Part shown: positions 54,401 through 64,000 of the stretch, in pieces
Position numbering within the stretch: the stretch's first letter is position 1
Layout of the letters: each line of letters opens with the position of its first letter
Assembly (NCBI RefSeq): GCF_037042905.1
Contig: NC_087254.1
Span: forward strand, 16,492,001 to 16,556,000
Source of the DNA: Lytechinus pictus
Taxonomy: Eukaryota
Length of the DNA stretch: 64,000 nt
Direction: 5' to 3'
Notes under the pieces: generated by a model
Seen by the model: the letters and a program-made list of their open reading frames with translations, nothing else
The model's database searches: none
Told to the model about the DNA's origin: nothing
Translations under genes and position numbers: made by a program

Positions 54401-57332
54401 CGATATTACTCATTAGTAATTACACATGGTTACGTAATCACCTGGTGGAGAAAATCTTATGGCTTCTCTTTCTCTTTCTATATCTCTCCCTCTCTCTCTC
54501 TCTGTAGTCTTCACTCTCCTTTTTAAATCATAGTCTGGGAGTATATTGAATACAGACTATCCAAATATTGAGATATAACTGCAAAAAAAATATATATACA
54601 GTACACACCTGTATATCATATTAAGCAACAGAATTTTTTATGCTTATTTGATAAAATTGGATTTTAGAAATTCAGTTTCTTCTGTTTTGCTGTTCCATTG
54701 ATTCTGAAATATCACCCCTGCCCCTATTCCCTTGTACTCTTGGAAGAGTTGTCCTCACAGAAGCTTTCCTACAGGGGAGCCATTCCGCCTGATGGTTCTT
54801 CCCAAAGATTCAAGTCTGATTAAAAATTGTGCTTCCCCCAAATATGTGTGTGGTGAGGAACAATTTATCACATTGGTCAGATCAAGTTTTACTGCGTATT
54901 AATGAGATTGTGTTGAATATGTAATTTGTAATTGAAATTGGTAATAGTATGCAGAAACATTTGTATTAAGCGCCAGATAAATGTTGCATATTTTTATTAT
55001 TATTTCAGGAGCACATTAGCTTTTTTTTGCACTACACCCCTTCAGAGTTTTTCTCATGCAAATTACATTATGAGGGGTTGCCCTCTAATAGCGGAGTTGT
55101 CGGGGGAATTTCAATTAACAAATACATGCACGTGGTGATTTTCACTGACTATTTGTTACAAGCTACTGAAACCCTTGCATCTGATTGGCTCAGAGCAAGT
55201 TTGTCGGTGAAAATCACCTAAGAGATGCCTCATGAAACACTACATTAATCAAGATCTCTCTCTTTCTCTTGATTATAGCGGTACTTACCAGGACGTTCCC
55301 GATTACTTTGTAGCGAGCCGTAGCTGCGGGGGAAGTCATACAATGACCTTTCCCCATCGGAGAATAACCAGGGTCGCTCAGACAACGTAAGTCACTAATC
55401 CCTTGAGCCTTCAATCAATCAACCAGTAGTCACATATACATGTATCTTAGAAAGCATGAATGCTTGTTAGCAAGCAACCAGAGGACCGACGGCTTAAGGT
55501 CCTCTCCGTGGACCTTAAGACTTAGTTTATCGTTAAATAACACAGAAAATGGAGTGTTATTCTTCTTGAAGATGATTTTAATGTCATTAAAACATGCATT
55601 GTCCATTGACCCTGGTTTGGGTTATTTCGGGCATACTGTAAGACTCAATATACATAACGCTTCCATAGCTCATCATTGAAAGTTTATTTAAAAGTTGCAT
55701 TTACTTTTTGTTTGAATACTGTAAAAAGTAAATTAGTGTTGATTTCCTCATGACAAGAATTTTTTTCACTTTTTTTAATGCATGATAGAAATCATGATAA
55801 ATTAAAGATGGCTAAATGAAAAAAAAAGGAGACCTCATTTTTATTCACTGGGAAAGGCGCTAGCCAGCCTATAGCAAGATTCTTGCTAACAGACATGGTA
55901 CTGACTTTTGTTACAGTGTAATATTTTCTTGGTTTTCAGGATTGTTCTGGTATGGTAACTTAAATTTAATGTCAATTTCTTAATTTGAATGTTTGTTGAA
56001 CAGGAATATGGTTACAACAACAGAGGATATAGCTCCTGTTATCAATGGAAGGTAAGAAGATAACCAACCAAAATTCATTCTAGTTCAATCCATTTTTTCA
56101 TTAAAAAGACAGATCAAGTGCATTATTTGTTTTATGAAATAGCGACAGAGTATCACAAATGTTTAAAAGGTATTCATTTTTGTTGCTCTTCTACTCTGTC
56201 AGGATAGAGCTGGTCTGCTGAAGCATGCAATGTCAATTTTTGTTTCACACTTGTTTGCACTGCAGTGTAATGCAAGAAATAAGTTGAATATCATGTGATA
56301 AGTGTTTTAACCAATCACGATGATACATCTATTGAATAATTTAAGATTGCATGCAAAGAACTAAAAAACTCATAATGAATGATGTCACATTTACCTGAAA
56401 AGAGTTCCCCCCCCTTTTTTTTTTAATGCAGGATGGAAGAGTCAATTCAGTGTTTTTTTGTTTTTTTTTAATGTAGGATTGAAGCAGACATACAGGGTCA
56501 AGATGGTCATATATACAAAGCTCGGTTGGACACTGGTCACATGACTGAGAGGTTACCAACCCTAACACAATCAAAGGTAAAACATCTAACGACTTTAACA
56601 ATATTAGTACTGAGGCTTGATTTCGTGTAGACCAAGCCAAAACAGTAATTACTAAGAGAGTACATCGCAGGTGTTGTATAATGAATTCAAATTCATTTAT
56701 TTCATGCTTGATCTATATACAGTATGTATCCAATATAATCATGCATTGAACCACAAGGTCAGGGGTTTGAATTCAACCGTGGCACCCGCATCTTTTGGCA
56801 AGGCGTTTATCTAAATTTGCCACTCTGCACCCAAGGGTACCCGGTAGGAAGGAATTGCTTGTATGCTCGCGCACCTGATCAGTGTAGCTGTGCTAAAGTG
56901 GGGGTGATAGTATGCAGAGCTTAGAAACATTGTATTCAAGTGCTATATAATTGTTGCATATTAATATTATTTCCTTCACAGGGGAACATGAGAGCTAAAT
57001 CACCCCGGGTCAGCAGTGCAAGGGGACGTCGCAGTCACCCACCCTCCAGACAAGCCCCCGAACCCCTAGACACCACCGCCCTCCAACCAAACGGAATAAT
57101 GGTCCCCCATTCCAGCGCTGCAGCTAGGGCACCCAACCGCCCCACTTCGGCTAGACCAGGATCCGGCAACAAACCCCCCTCTACCTCATCAGGCGGGCGG
57201 GGTTCCCCCGTCACCGCCCCCGCAAACACGGAGGTGGAAGCTGGACAGCCACCTCCCCCAACCCCAAGGGATGCCCCACCAGAGACGATCTCCGTCCCCC
57301 AACCTATAGAAGCAACGTCAGACCAGTCATAA
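21415..57332 (+). CDS. QRICH2 / C16orf96-like coiled-coil protein (DUF4795-type), ~1110 aa if all candidate exons are included
   Basis: Phase-consistent GT-AG exons: 21415-21963, 26586-26711, 27663-27758, (29139-29159), 31565-31705, 34353-34403, 35368-35547, 36211-36345, 37263-37451, 39434-39658, 41579-41701, 42016-42090, 42574-42684, 43678-43850, 44829-44888, 45882-45983, 46920-47144, 50192-50332, (51065-51070), 55279-55386, 56004-56051, 56477-56576, 56982-57332. Family motifs: ELIDLSLGTPEVVNY, PVSDMWQ, VTWPDFEAAL, KADK...IDVKADKRALDNKVSRSHFD, KLDRMEL, DAAGFRR..FHCISCDRP, RPYTTFELEQIR, RSCGGSHT, GQDGHIYK. Confidence 0.88.
23259..23434. mobile_element. hAT-like MITE
   Basis: CAGGGACGGATCCA...TGGATCCACCAGTG ends, 8-bp TSD CCCTTGAT/CCCTCGAT (1 mismatch). 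Confidence 0.7.
24389..24489. repeat. Short inverted repeat inside a degenerate TAGAC/GTCTA-rich element (~24285-24665)
   Basis: GTGGGCATTAGACCAACATAGACAAAGTGATTATTGGACC and its reverse complement, the latter carrying a CATGTA insertion. Confidence 0.75.
25293..25306. promoter_or_regulatory. RFX X-box consensus site in intron 1 of the QRICH2-like gene
   Basis: GTTACCATGGAAAC matches the palindromic X-box consensus GTNRCC(N0-3)RGYAAC closely, followed by a donor-like CAG|GTACTT at 25328/25329. Confidence 0.5.
25621..26325. mobile_element. Non-autonomous DNA transposon with ~120-bp TIRs (Kolobok-like)
   Basis: Imperfect TIRs (CAAGTCCA...AAATTTCATCAAAATCGGATGTAAAATAAGAAAGTTATGACATTTT and its reverse complement). 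The right end is ...GTCCT followed by TTAA; the left flank is TCAA. Confidence 0.65.
27784..28003. other. Assembly gap
   Basis: Run of N. Confidence 0.99.
29177..29329. mobile_element. Palindromic MITE
   Basis: ~46-bp arms CAGTCA..GCTCTACGGCGGC..ACGGCGAGTCGAAAACAGC and its reverse complement. Confidence 0.7.
31754..33074. mobile_element. Non-autonomous element with 19-bp TIRs and dense ACTGG/CCAGT sub-terminal repeats (EnSpm/CMC-like)
   Basis: CCCAGAAGGAAAAACCAGT ... ACTGGTTTTTCCTTCTGGG, AT on both flanks (possible 2-bp TSD), dozens of ACTGG/CCAGT motifs, AT-rich microsatellite core. Confidence 0.7.
33887..34000. mobile_element. 114-bp hAT-like MITE
   Basis: Palindromic body CAGTGGCG...CGCCACTG with a perfect 8-bp TSD TACCCCAG (33879-33886, 34001-34008). 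Confidence 0.88.
40500..40720. mobile_element. Truncated hAT-like element with ~65-bp internal tandem repeats
   Basis: CACTGGCGTACCTAGG start followed by ~3 copies of TTGACAAGCAAAA...GGTCTTCAACCACAAAT. Confidence 0.5.
43376..43660 (+). mobile_element. tRNA-derived SINE, family A
   Basis: Aligns with 1443-1743. Confidence 0.75.
43886..44162. mobile_element. MITE (GTCTTACAAAGAG family)
   Basis: CTGGGCCCTGTCTTACAAAGAG...CTCTTTGTAAGACGTGGCCCAG. The internal sequence aligns with 14232-14487. Confidence 0.75.
45416..45680. other. Assembly gap
   Basis: Run of N. Confidence 0.99.
47690..49020 (+). repeat. Degenerate tandem array of ~175-bp units (about 6 copies)
   Basis: Recurring ACTCAAAAGTGGATAGATGGGGCTACAGCAATACAC...CAAGTGAG...GGGTTATCT..CTTAGATGTGAAC, interrupted by the SINE at 48151-48428. 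Confidence 0.8.
48151..48428 (-). mobile_element. tRNA-derived SINE, family A
   Basis: Reverse-complement match to family A. It interrupts a tandem array. Confidence 0.75.
49165..49355 (-). mobile_element. tRNA-derived SINE, family B
   Basis: Near-identical to 7520-7709. Confidence 0.8.
52161..52794. repeat. Long near-perfect inverted duplication
   Basis: ~52161-52425 is the reverse complement of ~52528-52794 with only scattered mismatches; ~100-bp spacer. Confidence 0.92.
53299..54272 (+). mobile_element. HINE-like element, copy 2
   Basis: Near-identical to 2791-3791 end to end (shorter GGC tract, a few substitutions, one 6-bp insertion), flanked by T runs. Confidence 0.8.
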
Positions 57333-59689
57333 CATTCCTAGGATATCTTTGCCTTCATTTTTAAAAACTTTCCAAGCTCAGTCGAAATTGCATACAGTCT
57401 TTCGTTCTACCGTCCAGTTTGGTTCTAGCAGGATTTTAAGACTGTTTTCCGTCCAGGGACTGGCAATAGTTTCAAATTTCTTCTTTATTTATATACTCAA
57501 TAGGATTGTACATATATTTTGAAAATTTCAGATTGCATTGTTTCATAAAATTTTTTGAAGTACATACAACAAAAACAATCACATTGTATTTGAAACATGG
57601 ACAATCATGTGGTAAACTCTTGGAAATTAATTTGCACAAGAGGTGATATTGCACTTTGTATTTTTGGATTGCTTTTCTACGCATATCTGAAGTCTTCTTT
57701 ATTATAAATCATAGATGAGTAACTAGATGTTTTCTTGTCTTTCCAAAGAATAATGTGATTTCGTGTAATAGGGAAAATATATTGTGCAAACGATTGGGGC
57801 ATTTTACACCTTGTATATAAAAAAAATTATCACAATATGACAAATTTATTATTCTGTCAGCAAATTTAGTACCTTGGTCAGTTTTTAATTTTTCTCTATG
57901 ATACCGTCCAGTGTATTCCAAGTGTATTTTTTTGTGCCTGTTTTTCACCAAATGCCTATCATGTAAATACAAACTGCCAAATTATATATCTATATATTTT
58001 ATCAAAAGTATTTTTGATGAAATACCGCAATTCCATCCTTACGCCTTATAGATAGCTATGAGAAAAGAGAGTGAAAGAGAGAGTGAGAGAGATAGGAAGA
58101 AAGAGAGAGAGCAAAAGAGAAAATGTAAAAGAGATAGATGTTGAGAGAAAAAGAAAGAGAGGAGAGAGATAAAACTATAGAAACTATAAACAATTATGTG
58201 TTTTCAATCGAGTCTTTGTTTTTAAAAAACATCTTAACAGATTCTCTCATCTGGAACAATTTTTTTTAAAGGGTATGAAGTTGATTTTAAAGATTATATA
58301 CCAACATTTACACATGCAGTAATTTTTCCTTTAATGCATCGCTATATATTTCATAATTGCATCAACTTTTTTCCCCATTGTAATGCAAATTTCCTACCTT
58401 TTTATAAACTTGACCATATTTTTTACATTCCAGGGTGTGTGGTGTATTTTCTAGAGATTAATATGTATTTCTTCAAAAGGTGATAGCTTACAACTCTCTG
58501 CACATCTCTATCAATTTTTTTAGAAACAAATTTGTTGAATTTACTTCTGATCTCTGAACTCTGCTCAATTTTCGAAGACGTATTGTTAGTAAATAATGAA
58601 AATTCTTCAAATTTTTTTTTAATCATTATAAGTATGCTAGTTTACTATAATTACTTCAGATATGGAATCATCAGGCCTACTTTCATAAAATTGATCAAGT
58701 ACAAATTCTTTTATAAGCTACTGAAAGTAAACAATTTGATTGGCCTAAAGCAACTTTGTCTTGAGAGTTGTAGCATTTTTTAAATATTCCTAACGAGTTC
58801 ATTAAAACAGGACGTAGAGTCATTCATAAGTCCAGTATGATAAACCGGATTAAAGTTGCACACACTATTGTTGATTCTGCAATGTGTATGTAAGGCAAGC
58901 AATTTGTGTTTATCAATTGCAACCCATTAGATATCATTTGTTTGAGAATGCTCTCCATTAGATTCGTACATGAAAACTGCTATTCTTCTAGAATATGTTC
59001 TATTCTCACTGTATGTTGACAGCAATGTCCCATAATGCACCATGAGCTATGTGTATGACATGAAATGTTTGATAATTACTGGCTTGTCAGTATCACTTTG
59101 AATTAATGCTGGTTTTGAAAGTAGACAAGTTTGAAGTTTAATTCTTGGGAGTGATGTGGAAATATTTCATTTTTTGAAGAACTGTTTTTGTTTTAGAGTT
59201 TCATAATCACCTAAATTATGTTTATACTTCATCTGAAGTCATTTTGTGTGTATGATTCATGTCTGTTTTTCAACAACTCTTTTAAGTCACTGTCCATTGA
59301 TTTCTGATATTGTCAATGCCTCAAGTGGATTTTGAATTTGTGAATTTTTAGTCATGGATATATCAGTAGTCTTGATATCATGCCTGGTGCATCAAATCAA
59401 TAGATTTACTTTTCTTGCAGTTCTAATGGCAATATATTGCATTTTCTTGGTAGGAAACTCTGATTGGCATATGTTACTTGTTGCTAGAACTGGCAAGCTA
59501 TCAGAGTATCAAGAACATTTGACAAATTTGCTCACATTTGGACTGTGTTTGATAGTAAACCGATTGATTTAATGATTTTTTCATGTCAGTATGACATTTC
59601 CTTTGGACACCAAGGGGCCATGTTTTCATAAATTTTGTTATGATAACAAATTTGCAATAATAGCTTAAAGCGACTGAAATCATTCGATC

Positions 59690-59850
59690 TGGGGCCCATT
59701 ACATCAAGGACTTGCAACTGTTGTAACTTTGTCATTATGTCAACTACCATGGTAACAGGTCTCAGCAGCCAATCATAGTCAAGGTTTCCATGGTAGTTGC
59801 CATAATGACAAAGTTACAACAGTTGTAAGTCCTTTATGAAACGGGCCCCT
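59690..59850. mobile_element. Palindromic MITE
   Basis: ~65-bp arms GGGGCCC...AAGGACTT.CAACTGTTGTAACTTTGTCATTATG.CAACTACCATGG and its reverse complement. Confidence 0.75.
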
Positions 59851-62679
59851 GATTGGCTAGTTGTAAATTTGTTATAGATATTGTGCATTTGTTATCATAA
59901 GACTTTATGACATGGCACCTAGTATTTGAATTGAATTACATTTATTTATTACCGGTATTGCATATCATGAGTGATGATGTTTTGTGTTCATTTGAGCTTA
60001 AATCATGATGACGTACCTTTGATATAATAATAAGATTATTGCATACGGTTCTAAAGATGAATATATTATGTTTCAAAGATTAATTTACTAGGCTGTGATG
60101 TGATAGAATCAGCTGCAATTTCAAATCCTACAGGGTTAGTTTTGAAGTGCCTTGAATGTTATTTTCAGATTAAGTGGTTTTGAACCAGTTTATAGAAGAC
60201 AGCAGCTGTTTTAGTACTTATTCATGCCTTTAATAACCAATGATTCATGCTTATGCTATGAATGTTAACCCATGTTTTAGGGTATGAAATGGTATAGGTC
60301 AGCCCAATTTAAAATTTTTGGATATGTGACTATTGTTTTCATACCAAGTTAGGCCGATGGTTTTGTAAAAAAAAAAAGCATAAAATTTGTTGGGTTACAC
60401 AAACCATCATTGCTAGCAATTACCTACACAGATGATTTAATGACTGATTTATTAATTGTTGTGGTTTTGTTCCATTGTGATCTCACACTTAAATCTATTT
60501 TCACAAAGCAAGCATTAATCAATAATTGAACACATAGGTCCCTATATAAGTATGTTAGTTTATTGTAAAGTATATTACATAATTTGAATTGTCTATTATC
60601 ATGTACTTATTTCTAGTTTTTATAAAAACTAAATCTGAATACTAAAATTGTCATTATTTTCTGTATTACACACCAATGTTTTCTTTATGCGAGCCTGTGC
60701 GCGACTTATTTTCATGTTAAAATAAAAAACTTGTCAAGAAAGTAAATGTTTGTGAACCCATACCTTGTCTCCTCTTGTACCAAATGAGCTGATCATTAGC
60801 GAAATGGAGTATATCCGGAGGGCCGAAGAGGCCGCGTCCCCTGTTGGTGGTGCAAAAAGGGACAAAAAAGAAGGAAGAAATAAAAGAAGAAAAGGAAGGA
60901 AGGGACAAAAAAAAAGAAAATGAAGGAAATATGAAAGGAAGAAGAAAAGTAAAGAAAATGAGAGGAGGGGGGGGGGTGAGAGAGTAAGAACGAACACTTA
61001 CTGAAGTGGCGAGGTCCCCGGGGCTACATACATGAATCTTGCTTGTCCGTTTGTTTTCCTGGCGTCCAAGAGGCATATTTCTAAAGGCATCCCGTCTTTT
61101 ATCTTAATTTTTTTTGCTTAGGAAATGAAAGATAATACTATCATTGGCATAAGAAAATCAAATTTTGTGATAGATTTTGTCATAATATTCCAATAAAAGT
61201 TATAGATAATGGGCCTTTATCATATTCCTTTTCCTTTTTTTTCTATAACAAGTGCGTATATAGCCAGGGGGTTGTGGGGGTGGTCTCCACCCAAACGTCC
61301 CCAAAATGAAAAAAAGAGAGGAGAAAAGGGGTGAGAGCGTAGGAAGAAAACAGAAGAAAGGTACCTTTGTGGGGTTTATTTCTCAAAGAATAAAAACCTA
61401 AACGGAACATTTTTTTTCTCTCTCTAAATTCATATATAAACTTTGCTTCCGCGCTTTTAATTGCGAGGAAAATAATATTGATTTTCTCTTTTGTTTCCCT
61501 TACTCTACCCCGTTTTCCCCACCTCAGCTATATAATATTGGACTGGTGTGTTTCGTGGCGGAAAGTTTGTAAAAATACATATTCGGGAACGGAATTAGTA
61601 AGAAGATTTGGCCATAGTATATGAAGTCGTATTTTTCTCAAATTGATCACACAACATTCCCGATCCTTAGGTCAGGGCGGGTAAACTCTATGCCGTCACT
61701 GCCCACATAATTATAGGCTACTTCTTCGCTTTTCAGCTCTTTACAAGTCAATCATAATTTATTTGGGGACCGCGGCCGGCTGGTTCCTCATTCAAAAAGA
61801 GACAGTTTTAAAATTCAGGGAGTACTAAATTTATATAAAAAAGGAAGTACAATATTTCTATAAAATTAGATTAAACTTCATGTCATCAATCTCCGATTGT
61901 TTTGCGCCATTAATTCAATATTTTGGATGTCACTTAAGTTTATTAATCATTCAAACAGAAGCAAGCGCTTCATATTAATGAGTTCAATGCGTTTTATTTT
62001 CCTTGTAATCGAACTTAATATTCTTTTTAAAAAAATAGATCAAATTAGCTAGAGCCTAGAGCGGTGACATGTTATAGAGATATCTGCATTTTTGTTGAAA
62101 CATTCGCCCTTTGAAACTCCACAATTTCGAGGTTATGCGCAAGAAGGAATATTTTCTCCCGTTATAACCGTTTTCTCCTCCTGTTTTGCGATTGAAATGT
62201 TTACAATCAAATTTGATCATAGCGAGGGAGGCATTTAATATGACTCAAAGAATTCCCTTTTCTTTGCCAGTATGACAAAACCTTTCAGCTTCGCGCGGGA
62301 AAGGATCATTTAATCACTTTTTTAGCTTTTAAAATTACTTTCGAAAAGAAGGTTCAGAATCACAATAAAGTTAATTGTATTGGAGCTGATAAACTGAGGT
62401 ACTGGAGATGAGAGAGACATCTTCTTTTGATTTTAATTTCGCCACATACGCTGCACTTACCGCCTCACCAAAATGAAATCCTGGCTATATGGTTGTAAGA
62501 GTGAATCTTTTGAGGTTCTTACCTATAGATACCTATGGATGCTTCTGAACGCAGTCTAAGACTCTATATTCAGTTCCAAATTCTGTCTCCTCGGATCATG
62601 TCCTGGTGGGTCAGCATCAAACTTGTACTTCACAGGTTCACATCTCCAATACTTATCCAGTCCATTCTCGAAGCTGTGG

Positions 62680-63250
62680 ACACTGGGTGTATTTACTAAT
62701 TCATTACTTAGGCTCATTGTTCCGAGGTTTCCTCATTCTTATGTAAAAAGAATTCTTACGTTTCTCAGTTACTGACCTCGGAATGTACAATTTTTTATCA
62801 TGACCTCTGGTAGGCCCATGCACCTGACCCAAATCTGGCACTACCTCTTGGTCATACCTGTGAAATAACTTGGATGTTTCGATCATAATTATCTCCTCGC
62901 GCACGGCGATGCTAATGTAGGAAATTTTAGTTGAATCAATCTTTGTTCATAATAAGGTTCTTACTTCAGGTACCAACTTAGTGGCCCTTTCTTTGTACAT
63001 TTTCTATTGCTTGAATATGTTTCTTTAAGTATGGACTCCATACTGCATGAGCATACTCCAAATGAGGTCTACTTTATGCTTTGTATAGGAGTAAGAAGTT
63101 CTCCTTGTGAAGATAATGAATGTTCTCGATCCTAATTAGATTCATTAGCCTATTGGCTTTACTTAGTTTGACTGAAAGTGCTGGTCAAAACTAAGCTTTG
63201 TGTCGACAATCACTCCTAAATCCTTACTAGTTTCAACTTGTGATAGATTA
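62680..63250 (-). mobile_element. Degraded CR1-clade LINE, 3' end of reverse transcriptase ORF2
   Basis: Minus-strand translation with stops and frameshifts gives KDLGVIVDTKLSFDQH, KANRLMNLI, LLLYKA..RPHLEYAHAVWSPYLKKHIQAIENVQR and TRGHDKKL...RKNSF, typical of the CR1/L2 RT C-terminus. Confidence 0.85.
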
Positions 63251-63417
63251 TGTGAGGCATTATCATGTGTCATTGTATCATAGTCATTGAATTCATCATT
63301 CTTGATAATATGAGAACCCATCTCCCATCTGCCCCCCTCCCCAGTGGATTTCACCGGGAAAATATCTTATTTAAAAAACTGGAAAAGGAAAATAATGGAA
63401 AAACAGAAAAGGGAAAG

Positions 63418-63494
63418 AGAGAGAGAAAGAAAGAAAGAAAGAAAGGATTAAGGAAGGAAGAAAGAAAGAAAGAAAGAAAGAAGGAAAGAAAGAA
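63418..63494. repeat. (GAAA)n purine microsatellite
   Basis: Direct reading. Confidence 0.85.
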
Positions 63495-64000
63495 TTTCGA
63501 ATATCGCCAATATTATTATAAAATCCCCTAACCTAAATCCTGAGACCTCACGTTATTCGTAACCCCGGTTCGTAACTAGTATTATCAAAGATTGTCACAA
63601 GAGGGCAGCAAATAAAATCCACGAAGACTAGATCGACTGGACTCCCTGTATATTCTAGCAAAGCCAAAGAAGCGAGAGCCGATGCGATGGTAAGGTATTA
63701 GATTTTGGCTGTTAAATTACGCTTTTACGATAGACCGTGAGAAAATGTAGTGAGAGAGTGTTCTATGATATTTTCTGCTTAACTTGAGGTATAATTTTCA
63801 ACATATTTCGTTAAATATGTCTTTTAAATATCTAGGCCTACTAGAATAATCAAAATGTTAAGTCGCCGAAGTTTGGACACCCAAACTCCACTCCTAGTAC
63901 CAATGAGGTCCAACATTACATGTATGGACCTCATAGGCGACATCAGTAGTATTTTTGGTTAGAAATCTCTGAGAACAGGATATTTATATATTATATCACA

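Noticed and set aside
55940-55954. Possible 15-nt phase-2 microexon
   Set aside because: It would leave only a 49-nt intron before exon 56004 and the donor is weak.

Overview
This is AT-rich eukaryotic (animal) genomic DNA, most likely a marine invertebrate deuterostome such as a sea urchin (inferred from gene content and repeat landscape). Most entries in the ORF track are intronic noise. Three spliced genes can be rebuilt by hand from GT-AG junctions with consistent phases. (1) The 3' half of an UNC93-like MFS transporter gene (MFSD11) on +, ending near 10280. (2) A two-coding-exon PLD6/Zucchini (mitochondrial PLD / piRNA nuclease) gene on -, 18161-19579. (3) A ~23-exon QRICH2/C16orf96-like (DUF4795-type) coiled-coil gene on +, 21415-57332, head-to-head with PLD6. 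Introns and intergenic DNA are full of non-autonomous elements: Helentron/HINE-like (one nested in another), piggyBac-, hAT-, Kolobok-, EnSpm- and Harbinger-like MITEs, tRNA-derived SINEs and a CR1-type LINE fragment. The most unusual signal is at least 41 copies of the palindrome TACATGTA. Three within-window paralog comparisons show it is a 6-bp insertion at TA, as expected for Tc1/mariner excision footprints. Also notable: a 36-codon in-frame open extension behind the MFSD11 TGA, 6-nt and 21-nt candidate microexons, and a ~265-bp-arm near-perfect intronic inverted duplication.
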